Below, in pieces: positions 54,337-64,000 of a stretch of 64,000 nt of DNA. The notes beneath the pieces were generated by a model, which was given only the letters and a program-made list of their open reading frames with translations, was not told where the DNA came from and did no database searches. The stretch covers positions 5,123,891 to 5,187,890 of the forward strand of contig OZ244937.1 in assembly GCA_965222075.1 (NCBI GenBank), in the 5' to 3' direction. The translations under genes were made by a program, and so were the position numbers. The stretch comes from Candidatus Latescibacterota bacterium (GTDB lineage: Bacteria; Latescibacterota; UBA2968; GCA-2709665). Position 1 is the stretch's first letter, and each line of letters begins with the position of its first letter.

Positions 54337-55254
54337 ATGCTTACTCAGGAACAGATTGATTTCTACCATACCAACGGCTATCTCGGTCTGGAAGACATCC
54401 TCTCACATCAGGAGGTCGAAGACCTCCGCCGGGTCACCGATGCGTTCGTTGAAAGGTCGCGGCAGGTCACCAGAACCGACGATGTGTTCGACCTGGAACC
54501 AAGCCATACGCCTGAAAGCCCCCGGTTGCGCCGTCTCATAAACCCGTCCCAACAGCACGACGTGTACGCCCGAGGCCTGCGCCACGACAAGATCCTGGAC
54601 ATCATCGCCCAGCTCATCGGTCCTGGCATTCGCACCAATGGGGATAAACTCAATATGAAATCTGCGGAGGTGGGTAGCCCTGTGGAATGGCATCAGGACT
54701 GGGCGTTCTACCCCCACACCAACGACGATCTGCTGGCCGTTGGTGTGGCCATAGACGACATGACCAGAGAAAATGGGTGCCTGCTGGTCATTCCGGGATC
54801 CCATCAAGGTCGCATCTACGACCACCACCTGAACGGGGCCTTTGCGGGCGCGGTCACCGAACCGGATTTCACCGGTGAAGGCGCCGTCCCGATCGAAGTC
54901 AAAGCAGGTGGCATCTCCATCCACCACGTCCGGACGCTGCACGGCTCCGCCCCGAATACGTCTGGCAAGCCTCGCCGCCTCCTCCTCTATATGTATTGCG
55001 CCGTTGATGCCTGGCCGCTGGTACAGTCTGTAACAAGCTGGGAGGAGTTCAACAGTAAAATTCTGCGCGGGGAGCCGACCCGGGAACCGCGCCTGGTCGA
55101 CGTCCCCGTCCGGATTCCCCTTCCCCCTGCCGAGCGCTCGGGGTCCATTTATGAAATTCAAACCGTCCTTGAGTCGAGTAAAATGACGCCTGGTGATGTG
55201 GGTACTGCAAGCGAAATATCTTCGGTTCTTTCAGGGGAAGACAAAGTTGCGTGA
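54337..55254 (+). CDS. Phytanoyl-CoA dioxygenase (PhyH) family oxygenase, second copy
   Basis: 'MLTQEQIDFYHTNGYLGLEDIL', 'VEWHQDWAFYP' and 'RENGCLLVIPGSHQG'. AAGGAG lies 9 nt before ATG 54337. Confidence 0.8.
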   Translation: MLTQEQIDFYHTNGYLGLEDILSHQEVEDLRRVTDAFVERSRQVTRTDDVFDLEPSHTPESPRLRRLINPSQQHDVYARGLRHDKILDIIAQLIGPGIRTNGDKLNMKSAEVGSPVEWHQDWAFYPHTNDDLLAVGVAIDDMTRENGCLLVIPGSHQGRIYDHHLNGAFAGAVTEPDFTGEGAVPIEVKAGGISIHHVRTLHGSAPNTSGKPRRLLLYMYCAVDAWPLVQSVTSWEEFNSKILRGEPTREPRLVDVPVRIPLPPAERSGSIYEIQTVLESSKMTPGDVGTASEISSVLSGEDKVA

Positions 55255-56218
55255 CTTTCCGTCAAAAGATGAAGTCACCATCTGTTTCGCCGTTACCTAT
55301 CAGATGGCGGCCAGGTTTGAGAAGCGTGCATCCGGTATCAGCCACTACCAGGCGTGGACGCCGGATGAGGTGACCGAGCGAATCGGTGAGGTTGTCGTGT
55401 TCGTGGGTTACGGATTCTGGCGCGACGATCTGCTCGACCTCGCGCCCCGGCTCAGGTTGATCCAATCCATCGGTGCGGGGTACGACGTGTTTCCACTGGA
55501 CGAGTTGAGGGCACGGGGCATCCGGCTTACCAGTTCTCAGGGTGTGAACAGGAACGCCGTGAGTGAGCACGCGATGGCGCTTATTCTGGCGTTTGCCCGA
55601 CATATCCACACCGGACGGGACAACCAGCGCCGGCGCCACTGGCGCGGAATGATCCCGGATCTGTCGCAGCGAGAGGACGAACTGGGTGGAAAGACGATGC
55701 TGATCGTGGGGATGGGAGGCATCGGGTGCAGGCTGGCAGCGCTGGGCAAGGCGTTCGATATGCGCGTCCTTGCCACGAAGCGCAACCCGGCGACCGCCCG
55801 GGGACCGGCGGACGAGGTGCATACGCCGGACCGGCTGCGGGACCTGCTGCCGCAGGCGGACTACGTCGTGTTGACCTGTCCGCTGACGCCGGAGACGGAG
55901 AAGATAATCGACGCAGAGGCCCTGTCTGCGATGAAAAGCTCTTCGTGTCTGATCAACGTGGCCCGGGGCAGGTGTGTGGATGAGCCGGCGCTGCTGGAAG
56001 CGGTGCGCAGTGGGTCGATTGGGGGTGCCGGGATCGACCATTTTTGGGACGAGCCGCTGCCGGAGGACTCGCCGTTTTGGGATCTGGAGAATGTGGTGAT
56101 CACGCCCCATACCGCGGGCCAGACCCGGATGTACGAGGAGAATACGATCGATATTCTATTGGAGAACCTGGAACGGCTGTGGCGTGGCGAGGTGGAACTG
56201 CGTAACCAGGTTTTGTAG
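55247..56218 (+). CDS. D-isomer-specific 2-hydroxyacid dehydrogenase family protein
   Basis: 'LIVGMGGIGCRLA' (GxGxxG), 'INVARGRCVDE' and 'VITPHTAG'. The start is uncertain: TTG 55247, ATG 55193 or ATG 55304. Confidence 0.75.
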   Translation: MRDFPSKDEVTICFAVTYQMAARFEKRASGISHYQAWTPDEVTERIGEVVVFVGYGFWRDDLLDLAPRLRLIQSIGAGYDVFPLDELRARGIRLTSSQGVNRNAVSEHAMALILAFARHIHTGRDNQRRRHWRGMIPDLSQREDELGGKTMLIVGMGGIGCRLAALGKAFDMRVLATKRNPATARGPADEVHTPDRLRDLLPQADYVVLTCPLTPETEKIIDAEALSAMKSSSCLINVARGRCVDEPALLEAVRSGSIGGAGIDHFWDEPLPEDSPFWDLENVVITPHTAGQTRMYEENTIDILLENLERLWRGEVELRNQVL

Positions 56219-56264
56219 ACGGAGGCCCTCACCTATAAGTGACGGGTTTTTGTGTGGGGAGAAT

Positions 56265-58721
56265 ATGGCGATGGTGAAATTGGAAGTGTTGAAGGCTGCG
56301 GTGAACTGTGTGATTTTGGGGGTGGGTCTCCAGGGGAACAGGGGGGTGCGGATTTATCGGGCACGGCGGGCGTCCGGGCCTTATGAGGAGGTGGGGGTGG
56401 CGTATGGGGAGCGGTATGTGGATGGGGCGGATTTGGAGCCGGGGAGGCGGTATTTCTATTGTGCTGTCGTCTGGAACAGTCCCTACCTGTATCCGGAGCC
56501 GGGGTGGTGGAAGGAGGGGGAGCCGGTTTCTGTGGTTGTTCCACGGGCGCCGAAGGAGAGGCGGGCCATGCTGACGCGGAAGCGGCAGGCGTTTACGGTG
56601 AATATGGGCGGGTACCTGGACGAGTCGAATACGGTGACGAAGCAGCCGGAGACGTACTCTCCCGGACCGGGCCGGAGTATGCCGCCCTACGAGCAGGCGT
56701 TTGAGCCGAACATGTATGTGGCGATTGAGAACCTGGGGGAGACAGATGTGGTGAATCCGTGGGTGGTGGCCAATGGGGAGAGGGACTGGTGGTCGGTCGA
56801 GGGCATGGCGCGGGAGATTCTGGAGACCGTCGGTTCGGGGGCGTCGGATGGTGAGAAGGCGATGGGAGTGTGGCGGTTTGTTGCCGAAGAGCTTTACGAC
56901 CAGAGGGCGGGTCTGTCATGGTCGGACGATTTTGGCGATCCGGTGAAGCTGTTCAATGTGTACGGGTTCGACGGCTGTATTGCGAATGCGGTCGTGAGCT
57001 GCCGTTTAGCCGAGGCAGCAGGACTGAAGGCCCGTGAGATCTGGCTGGGCGAAATTGCCTCTATAGATGGCTACGGCCGGGGACGGGTCTGTGCCCATGA
57101 TATTTTTGAAGCGTATGCGGAAGGGGACTGGCGTTTTCTGGATACGGATCAGATGGTGTATTTTCTGAAGCGGGACAACAAGACGGTGGCGGGGTCGGAG
57201 GATCTGGCGCGGGATATCGATCTGCTGCGCCGGTCGCACCGAACCCTGGGTCTGGCGGGAAGGGATATGCCGGAGAATACGTATTATTACACGCCTTTCC
57301 GGGAGCGGCAGTTTGTGTATCCGCCGAACAAAGGGGGGGTCTGGACGGACAACGCGGGCGTTTTTACACATGCGCCGGGGAAATATCCGCCGCCGCATAC
57401 GATGGGGCTGCGGCTGCGTCCGGGGGAGAAGCTGGTGCGCTACTGGGACAACGTGGGAAAGCAGGTGGTGCGGGGGCCTCGAATGCATCCGGAGGTACGA
57501 TATTCCAACGGGAAGCTGGTCTACCGGCCGGACCTGCGCAGCCCGCTCTGTCTGAAGGGGACCGAGGGGATGAAGAATGTGGCGCAGGAAGGATCGGGAC
57601 GCAGAGCCGCGCTGCATCCGGCAAGGGCGGGGCAGGTGTCGGAGGTGGTGTGGAAGGTGGCGTCGCCCTATGCGATTCCGGGGGCGCAGGTGGGGATCAC
57701 CTGCAGGCGGGAGACCCGGGAGGACGGTTTGGAGGTGTTGTTTTCAAAGGATGGGGAGAACTGGCGTTCGATCTGGATCGCGTGCGGACAGATGCGCGAG
57801 GGCAGACAGGGTTTTGTGCGCAAGCTGGATGCGTGTATAGAGCTGGACTGGCTCATCAATCCGGCGCTGAACGACTGGCGGGAGGAGAAGGACCTGGTGT
57901 GGCGGATGGGGCCCTGCTATTCCTACTACATCAAGGTGGCGATGTGGGCAGGCTCCAGACCGGAGGCGGTGGGGCTGGACGCGATCCGGTTCGACACGGA
58001 CATCCAGTGCGCCACACGATCCCTGCCTTCGCTGTTTTGCGGGAAGAATACGATTGCCTACCGGGACGACAGCCCGGGAGGGCGGAAGGTGCGGGTGACC
58101 TACGGCTGGCAGGAGGAGCATTCGATAAGGCCTCCCGGAGCGCCGGAGCTGGTCTATCCAAAGGACGGGGCGGACGTGAACCGGCTGGATTTCGAGTTCA
58201 GGTGGCGGAGGCCGAAGGTGGACGATTACCATGTGCAGGTGAGCCAGTACGCGGATTTCCGGTGGTGCGTCTGCCCGACGTTCGACCGGTATGTGGGGAG
58301 GACGAAGTATGCGGGAAAGACGCGGTGGCAACCGGAGTTTCCGAATCTGCTGAATCCGGATGAGACCTATTACTGGCGGGTGCGGGCGAGGAATGCGAAG
58401 GGGGTGTGGGGAGACTGGAGTGAGGTGCGGTCATTCGTGCCGCACGGTCCTCGTCTTCCGGTGGGTCTTGAGGTGAAGGGGCGAGGCAAGGGGAGGGTGC
58501 TGGTGTGGTCAACGAATGGGGAGGGGAATCCGCCGGTGGCGTATCGGGTTCACGGATCGATGGAGTCGGGAGGGTTTTCGGCAGGTGAGGAGAATTTGGT
58601 GGGCGTCGTGGAAGAGACGCGCTGGCCGTTGGAGGGTGCGAAAAAGGGGATGTCGTATCGTGTGGTGGCGGTGGATGTGGGGGGGGTGCCGAGTACGCCG
58701 TCGGATTACGTCGAAATCTAA
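56265..58721 (+). CDS. Large hypothetical protein with a transglutaminase-like core and Fn3-like repeats (tentative)
   Basis: 'FDGCIANAVVSCRLAEAAGLKAR...CAHDIFEAYAEGDWRFLDTD' resembles a Cys-His-Asp transglutaminase-like core. 'YYWRVRARN..G.WG.WS' is Fn3-like. Confidence 0.6.
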   Translation: MAMVKLEVLKAAVNCVILGVGLQGNRGVRIYRARRASGPYEEVGVAYGERYVDGADLEPGRRYFYCAVVWNSPYLYPEPGWWKEGEPVSVVVPRAPKERRAMLTRKRQAFTVNMGGYLDESNTVTKQPETYSPGPGRSMPPYEQAFEPNMYVAIENLGETDVVNPWVVANGERDWWSVEGMAREILETVGSGASDGEKAMGVWRFVAEELYDQRAGLSWSDDFGDPVKLFNVYGFDGCIANAVVSCRLAEAAGLKAREIWLGEIASIDGYGRGRVCAHDIFEAYAEGDWRFLDTDQMVYFLKRDNKTVAGSEDLARDIDLLRRSHRTLGLAGRDMPENTYYYTPFRERQFVYPPNKGGVWTDNAGVFTHAPGKYPPPHTMGLRLRPGEKLVRYWDNVGKQVVRGPRMHPEVRYSNGKLVYRPDLRSPLCLKGTEGMKNVAQEGSGRRAALHPARAGQVSEVVWKVASPYAIPGAQVGITCRRETREDGLEVLFSKDGENWRSIWIACGQMREGRQGFVRKLDACIELDWLINPALNDWREEKDLVWRMGPCYSYYIKVAMWAGSRPEAVGLDAIRFDTDIQCATRSLPSLFCGKNTIAYRDDSPGGRKVRVTYGWQEEHSIRPPGAPELVYPKDGADVNRLDFEFRWRRPKVDDYHVQVSQYADFRWCVCPTFDRYVGRTKYAGKTRWQPEFPNLLNPDETYYWRVRARNAKGVWGDWSEVRSFVPHGPRLPVGLEVKGRGKGRVLVWSTNGEGNPPVAYRVHGSMESGGFSAGEENLVGVVEETRWPLEGAKKGMSYRVVAVDVGGVPSTPSDYVEI

Positions 58722-58749
58722 GATGGACTACAGAAAGAGGACGTGAGGG

Positions 58750-60729
58750 ATGGCCGACGCTCAGACGGAAGACTTCCGAGATCGGACCCCTGGCGAACGC
58801 AGGACGGTGGGGGAGGGTGTGCGGGACGGCCTGACGGGTCGAGCATTCCTGATCGGGCTTGCGCTGTGCCTCTTTCTGGGAGTGGCGATCCCATACAACC
58901 GCATGATGGTCCAGGGCACCGCTCTGCAATTCTATTTCGTGGATCGAGGTGCCTTGTTCGTTTTTCTGTGTCTGATCCTGCTGGTGAACCCCCTCCTGAA
59001 GCGTACGCACACGCTGAAGCGGGGGGAACTCCTGTCCATCTTTTCGATGCTTCTGGTATCGATGCCCACCCTGTGGATGGTCAAGTGGCTGATCGCCTTC
59101 CTGACCGGCGCGACCTACTATGCTTCTCCGGAGCGGCGGGACTTAGAGGCAGTGCTGCCCCATATTCTGCCCTGGACGGCCCCTGAGGACGCCGAGGCCG
59201 TGCGGGGGTTCTACGAGGGGCTGCCGCAGGACGTTCCCATGCCCTGGCTGGCGTGGCTGGCCCCGCTGGCGAGTTGGGGGGCGTTTTTTATGGTGCTGTT
59301 CGGGGTGCTGATCTGCCTGGCCGTGATTCTACGGAAGCAGTGGGAGGAGCACGAGCGGTTTGCGTTTCCGATTATGCAGGTGCCACTGGAGATGGCGGAG
59401 ATGGGGGCGGGGCGGGTAGGACCGCTGTTCAGGAACCGGCTGATGTGGGCGGGATTTGCGATTCCGCTTCTTATCGGCACGATCAACGGGCTGAATCACT
59501 ATTTTTATATGCTGCCCAGAATCCAGATGGGGATGCAGCTGCGGATCTTTCAGGGGACGACGCCATTGCCCCTCAGGCTGCACTTTGCGATTCTGGGGTA
59601 TTCGTACTTTGTGAACCTGGACGTAAGCCTGAGTATCTGGCTGTTCAACGTGATCTCCAAGGTCATCCGGGGGATGCTGGCTGTCCTGGGAGCGGAGTAT
59701 ACGGATGTGTCGGGGATGGTGGGTCGGTTCAGTTCCCGGGGTTCGGCATTTCTGGCGTTGACAGGGATGGGGTATATGCTGGTGCTGGCCGCCTACAGCG
59801 CCTGGACCGCCCGGGACCACCTGCGGGGGGTTTTCGCCAGGGCGCTGGGGAGGCCGTCGAATGCCGACGATTCCGGGGAGGTGATCTCCTACCGGGCGGC
59901 TGTTTTTGGGGCTGTGGGCGGGCTGGTGTATCTGGGATGCTGGCTCCACCAGGCGGGAACCTCGCCGCTGTTGATCTTGTTTCTGTTTTTTTCCTGTGTG
60001 GTGGTGTTTCTTGTACTGGCCCGGATTGTGAGCGAGACGGGGTTCGTGGCCACATATTCGCCGATCAACCCGGCGGAGTTTGTGGTGTGCGCGACGGGCT
60101 CGTCGGCGTTCAGCCCGGCCGGTCTGGTGACGCTCGGGTTTGGCTACGGCTGGACAATGACGCGGGTCAGCAATGTGATGCCCCGCGCTCTGGGGGCGCT
60201 GTGGCTGTCGAGAGAGATGGGACGCAAGCGGGGGTTGATCTGGGCGATGGGAGCGGCGATGGCGGTTGGACTGATCGCTGCAAGCGCGGTCACACTGGAC
60301 CTGGGCTATGCACACGGCGGTCTGAACTTAGACCGGCACTTCCGTGATTATTCGCGCATCCCTTTCGACGCCTTTGTGGGAAAGCGGATGCTGGAGCCGA
60401 GTCCTATCTTCACCAGAGGGCTGCTTTATACCGGACTGGGGATGGGGGTTGCGGGCCTTTTGACGGCGCTTAGAATGCGTCTTACCTGGTGGCCGCTGCA
60501 CCCGGTAGCGCTGCCGTTGAGTACGATTTGGTACACGGATACCTATTTTATCAGTGTGTTTTTGGCCTGGGGGATCAAGGCGATCGTGTTGAAGTTTGGG
60601 GGGGCGAATCTTTACCGCAGGACCCGGCCGTTTTTTGTCGGGATTATTCTGGGGGAGGCGACCTGCGCGGGTGTGTGGACCATGGTGGATTATTTTACCG
60701 GAACGATTGGGAACAGGATCTTTTGGTAA
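58750..60729 (+). CDS. Polytopic membrane protein, paralogue C
   Basis: 659 aa, colinear with 45684 and 52294. Confidence 0.75.
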   Translation: MADAQTEDFRDRTPGERRTVGEGVRDGLTGRAFLIGLALCLFLGVAIPYNRMMVQGTALQFYFVDRGALFVFLCLILLVNPLLKRTHTLKRGELLSIFSMLLVSMPTLWMVKWLIAFLTGATYYASPERRDLEAVLPHILPWTAPEDAEAVRGFYEGLPQDVPMPWLAWLAPLASWGAFFMVLFGVLICLAVILRKQWEEHERFAFPIMQVPLEMAEMGAGRVGPLFRNRLMWAGFAIPLLIGTINGLNHYFYMLPRIQMGMQLRIFQGTTPLPLRLHFAILGYSYFVNLDVSLSIWLFNVISKVIRGMLAVLGAEYTDVSGMVGRFSSRGSAFLALTGMGYMLVLAAYSAWTARDHLRGVFARALGRPSNADDSGEVISYRAAVFGAVGGLVYLGCWLHQAGTSPLLILFLFFSCVVVFLVLARIVSETGFVATYSPINPAEFVVCATGSSAFSPAGLVTLGFGYGWTMTRVSNVMPRALGALWLSREMGRKRGLIWAMGAAMAVGLIAASAVTLDLGYAHGGLNLDRHFRDYSRIPFDAFVGKRMLEPSPIFTRGLLYTGLGMGVAGLLTALRMRLTWWPLHPVALPLSTIWYTDTYFISVFLAWGIKAIVLKFGGANLYRRTRPFFVGIILGEATCAGVWTMVDYFTGTIGNRIFW

Positions 60730-60755
60730 GAGGCGATCAATGTAAAGGGGGAGGT

Positions 60756-62300
60756 ATGGATATTTTTGATATGAACTGCATGCTGGGGCCGACGCGTACC
60801 GACCGGGAGCCGTGCTTCCGGACGCCCGAGGCGTTGCTGGCCGAGATGGATCGGGTGGGGATCGCGGAGGCCCTGGTCTACGCGAGCCACGTGGCGATGG
60901 GACATCCGGCCGATGGGAACGCGTGGGTGGTGGAGGCCACGCGTTCCCACCCACGCCTGCACCCCTGCTGGGCGGTGCTGCCGCCGGGAACAGGGGAGCT
61001 GCCGGAGCCGGAGGAGCTGGTGGCGCAGATGCGCGCCCATGGGGTGCGGGCGGCCAGGATGTTTCCGGCCGTGCACGGTTTTCCGCTGCTGGAGCGAATT
61101 CTGCGGCCGCTGCTGGAGGCGCTCGCCGGGGCGGGGATTCCGCTGATTTTAGATCAGGGGCGCACGGGCTGGAGCCAGCTCACGGACTGGCAGGGGGTGT
61201 TCGCAATTGCAGAAGCGCACCCCGGACTGCCGCTGGTGCTGATACGGGAGGGGGGCACGACCGCGAGGGCCCTGTTCGGGGTATGGGACGCGTTTCCGAA
61301 CCTCTATATCGAGGCGTCTTACATCCAGGAGTCGCGGATTGTGGAGGAGATTGCAGGGCGGTTCGGGCACGAACGGCTGCTGTTCGGGACGGGAATGCCG
61401 GTATACGACCCGGGAGGGCCGCTGGGGCTGCTGCAGGGGGCGCAAATTTCTCAGGGTCAGCGGGCGGATATGGCGGGCAACAGTCTGAGGCGGCTGCTTG
61501 GGCTGCCGGAGCGGGAGGCGGGCGAGGCGCCGGCGTGGCCCTGCGGTCCGCGCGGGTTTCGGGTGTTCGACGTGCACGGGCACCTGGGCCGGTTTCACTC
61601 GAAGTACCACCGGGACTGGTCGGCCGAACAGATGGTGTCGCGGATGGACCAGGTGGGGGTGGGGCGATTAGCGGTGAGCGATTTTATGGCGATCGGGCCG
61701 GACTACCGGAAGGGGAACGACCGGATCGGGGCGGGCGTGGCGGCGTTCCCGGACCGGCTGGTAGGATACGTGGTCTACAATCCGAATTACGAATCGGAGA
61801 TGGCCGACGAGATGGCGCGGGCGTTCGATGCGCTGGGCTGCCGGGGGATCAAGCTCCACTGCGCACTTCACGATACGTCCACGGAGGACCCGCGCTACCA
61901 CTTAGCGTTTCAGACGGCGCAGGAGCAGGGTTGCCCGATGCTGTGCCACGTCTACCAGGGGCCGTCTCCCGCGTTTTTGATGGAGAGGCTGGAGGCGTTC
62001 CCCGATGCGAAGTTCATCTATGCCCACATCGGCGGAGGAGACCGGGAGGGACTGAAGCCGTTTGTCGAGGTGGCCCATGCGCGGCCCAATCTGTTTTTCG
62101 ATCTGGGGTACTCGAAAATGGCCCGGGGTACGCTGGCCTGGCTGGTCGAGCAGGTGCCGCCGACACAGATCCTCTACGGGTCGGACCATCCGGTGAACGG
62201 GTTCACCTTCCAGCTCGGGCGGGTGCTGAATGCGGACATTTCGGACGAGTTGAAGCGGATCATCCTTTGGGACAACGCGGCGAGGATATTCGGAGTGTAA
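60756..62300 (+). CDS. Amidohydrolase-2-type (TIM-barrel metal-dependent hydrolase) protein, apparently two-domain
   Basis: 'VFDVHGHLG', 'GIKLHC' and 'ILYGSDHP'. GGGGGAGG lies upstream of ATG 60756. The track ORF starts at 60489, inside the previous gene. Confidence 0.7.
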   Translation: MDIFDMNCMLGPTRTDREPCFRTPEALLAEMDRVGIAEALVYASHVAMGHPADGNAWVVEATRSHPRLHPCWAVLPPGTGELPEPEELVAQMRAHGVRAARMFPAVHGFPLLERILRPLLEALAGAGIPLILDQGRTGWSQLTDWQGVFAIAEAHPGLPLVLIREGGTTARALFGVWDAFPNLYIEASYIQESRIVEEIAGRFGHERLLFGTGMPVYDPGGPLGLLQGAQISQGQRADMAGNSLRRLLGLPEREAGEAPAWPCGPRGFRVFDVHGHLGRFHSKYHRDWSAEQMVSRMDQVGVGRLAVSDFMAIGPDYRKGNDRIGAGVAAFPDRLVGYVVYNPNYESEMADEMARAFDALGCRGIKLHCALHDTSTEDPRYHLAFQTAQEQGCPMLCHVYQGPSPAFLMERLEAFPDAKFIYAHIGGGDREGLKPFVEVAHARPNLFFDLGYSKMARGTLAWLVEQVPPTQILYGSDHPVNGFTFQLGRVLNADISDELKRIILWDNAARIFGV

Positions 62301-62355
62301 CGGTGGCTATTTTGAGGAAACGCAGGACACATAAGACTTGAAAGCGAGGTTGACA

Positions 62356-63639
62356 ATGGCTGAGCAACTTGCGATTCTGGGGGGGGCAAAAGCGATTACG
62401 GTGGACGGCTCCGAGCAGTGGAAGCGGCCGGTGGAGGAGGAGAAGGCGGCGGTGTACGAGTTGATCGATGAGGGATTCCTTTCCGGTTCAGGAAGCGGAG
62501 TGCCGAAGGAGTTTGAGGACCGGTTCCGGGAGTATATCGGGTGCAAGTATGTGCTTACGACCAGCCACGGAAACACGGCGCTGGCAAGCGGGTTCTTCGC
62601 TGCCGGGCTGGGGCCGGGGGATGAGTTCATCGGGCCTACGATCGGGTACATCGGGAGCTACGCCGGCGCGCTTCACATGGGCGCGGTGCCGGTGTTTTGC
62701 GAGATCGACCCGGAGACGCTGCTGATGGACCCGGCGGATGCAGAGAAGCGGATTACGCCCAGGACCCGTGCCCTGGCGCCGATTCATACCGGCGGGCGGG
62801 TGTGCGATATGGATGCTCTGCTGGCGCTGGCCGAAAAGCACGATCTGGTTGTGGTGGAGGATGCGGCGCATGCGCACGGCAGCGAATGGGATGGGGTCAA
62901 GATCGGCAATGTGGGGCATATTGCGTGCTTCAGTATGCAGGGGACTACGCCCGGCGGAAAACCGGTGGCAGGTGGCGAGGCGGGCATTGTGGCTACGAAT
63001 GACCGGGAGCTGTACGAACGGGCGCTGATCTATTGCCACCTGCACCGTCCCGGCGCGGTGGACGAACTGACAAACCCGGTTTACAGGCAACTGGACCGGC
63101 AGCTGCTCGGATTGAAGCTTCGGGCGCACCCACTGGCGATGGCCCTGGGTCTGGTGTCTCTCAATTCCCTGCCCTATCGGCTGGCGTCTTTCGCCGCGAA
63201 CCGGGATGCGCTTCTTGGGAAGATTGAGGGGCTGCCAGGCGTTAAGCCCGCGCGCAACTATCCAAAGGCCACGGGAGTAGAATTATACGGTGGAATACGG
63301 TTTTTGTACGATTCGGAGGCACTGAGCGGACTGCCCGCAGCGAAGTTCGCTGAGGCGATGCGGGCGGAGGGCGCGCCGATCAAGGGCCCGGGCTTTAGCC
63401 ATGTGGAGCACCTGCGGGCGATCTATACGGAGGATCTGCCCGGCCTGTGGGGGAAGGGACATTCCGGTCCGGCAGATATTCCGCTGCCGCGCTACGCGGA
63501 GGGGGATTTCCCGGTTTCCGAAGGGCTGCGCGACAGGGTTTTGTCCTACCCCGGGCGTATCGAGGCAGCGGAGGGCTTTATCGACCAGCTGGCCGCGGCC
63601 TTCAAGAAGGTTGTGATTCAGCACGAGGAGCTGCTTTAG
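62356..63639 (+). CDS. DegT/DnrJ/EryC1/StrS-family PLP-dependent aminotransferase
   Basis: 'LAILGG', 'VPKEFEDRFREYIGCKYVLTTSHGNTAL', 'VVEDAAHAHGSEW' and 'CFSMQGTTPGGKPVAGGEAG' (PLP-Lys region). Confidence 0.8.
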   Translation: MAEQLAILGGAKAITVDGSEQWKRPVEEEKAAVYELIDEGFLSGSGSGVPKEFEDRFREYIGCKYVLTTSHGNTALASGFFAAGLGPGDEFIGPTIGYIGSYAGALHMGAVPVFCEIDPETLLMDPADAEKRITPRTRALAPIHTGGRVCDMDALLALAEKHDLVVVEDAAHAHGSEWDGVKIGNVGHIACFSMQGTTPGGKPVAGGEAGIVATNDRELYERALIYCHLHRPGAVDELTNPVYRQLDRQLLGLKLRAHPLAMALGLVSLNSLPYRLASFAANRDALLGKIEGLPGVKPARNYPKATGVELYGGIRFLYDSEALSGLPAAKFAEAMRAEGAPIKGPGFSHVEHLRAIYTEDLPGLWGKGHSGPADIPLPRYAEGDFPVSEGLRDRVLSYPGRIEAAEGFIDQLAAAFKKVVIQHEELL

Positions 63640-63658
63640 CTGAAAGGGGTGGAGAGCG

Positions 63659-64000
63659 ATGATTACAAGCCCGGGGGCACCGATTCTGGTGCTGTGGGAC
63701 AGCCAGACGCCGCACCGATTTTCCGGTTATATCACCGAGATCTTGCAGATTGAGGGGTATAACTGGTTCACGGTCCACGACCTGTCCCGTCAGGCCATTT
63801 CGACCGAACAGCTCGGGGCACACGCGATTGTTATACTGACCCATGTGGAGCCTTCCAGCGAGGTGCAGGAGCAGGTGCTGGCCTACGTGCGGCAGGGGGG
63901 CAACCTCATCGCCCTGCATCCGCCGGAGGCGCTGGCGGGCGCCCTGGGACTCATCCCGCACAGGCAGGAGATGGTGGACCGCTATGTTGCCTTCAACAAG
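63659..64000 (+). CDS. Hypothetical protein, 3' end outside window
   Basis: ATG 63659 opens a frame that stays open to the window end ('MITSPGAPILVLWDSQTPHRFSGYITEILQIEGYNWF...'). Confidence 0.5.
   Translation, partial: MITSPGAPILVLWDSQTPHRFSGYITEILQIEGYNWFTVHDLSRQAISTEQLGAHAIVILTHVEPSSEVQEQVLAYVRQGGNLIALHPPEALAGALGLIPHRQEMVDRYVAFNK

Noticed and set aside
49178-62341. Other long alternative-frame ORFs (49178-50206 -, 51287-52372 -, 59329-60315 -, 59253-60347 +, 60812-62341 +, 57650-58363 +)
   Set aside because: They overlap better-supported genes and are rich in Gly/Arg/Ala/Pro, as expected from off-frame translation of GC-rich sequence.

Overview
This is a 64-kb, mostly GC-rich bacterial chromosomal window. 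I saw no rRNA, tRNA or CRISPR array by eye. All family assignments below come from motif recognition by eye, not from database searches.

Layout:
(i) 1-6953: hydrolase genes (beta-propeller glycosidase-like, CocE/NonD, SGNH, C45-like).
(ii) ~7000-33450: a ~26-kb defence island built on a single Type I R-M system. Its hsdM (7941-10133), hsdS (20202-21539) and hsdR (30332-33382) are separated by ~10 kb and ~9 kb of stacked cargo. The cargo includes HicAB, Fic, DUF433/PIN-like modules, an RHH antitoxin with a truncated PIN, an AlbA_2/HATPase protein, an AAA-ATPase pair, XRE-ImmA/IrrE and two IS elements; a VapBC pair sits just upstream of hsdM. Repeated relics of the hsd gene ends mark the cassette joints.
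(iii) 33466-64000: a carbohydrate/sugar-acid-type catabolic cluster with three paralogous ~660-aa polytopic membrane proteins. It is interrupted by a small AT-rich islet carrying an orphan N6-adenine methyltransferase (41287-43047).

The best candidate for an undescribed system is an AT-rich, tightly packed five-gene cassette at 14734-18226: an unknown 160-aa protein, a ThsB-like TIR, an Nmad2-like protein, a MazG-like protein and a UDG-fold protein. It lies between hsdM and hsdS. It is followed by an 11 x 14-bp perfect tandem repeat and a DUF1883-TIR gene split by an IS5-family element.

A second candidate, an AAA/ABC ATPase plus a small partner (24763-28099), is likewise split by an IS4-like element. 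In both cases, removing the IS and one target-site duplication restores an intact reading frame.
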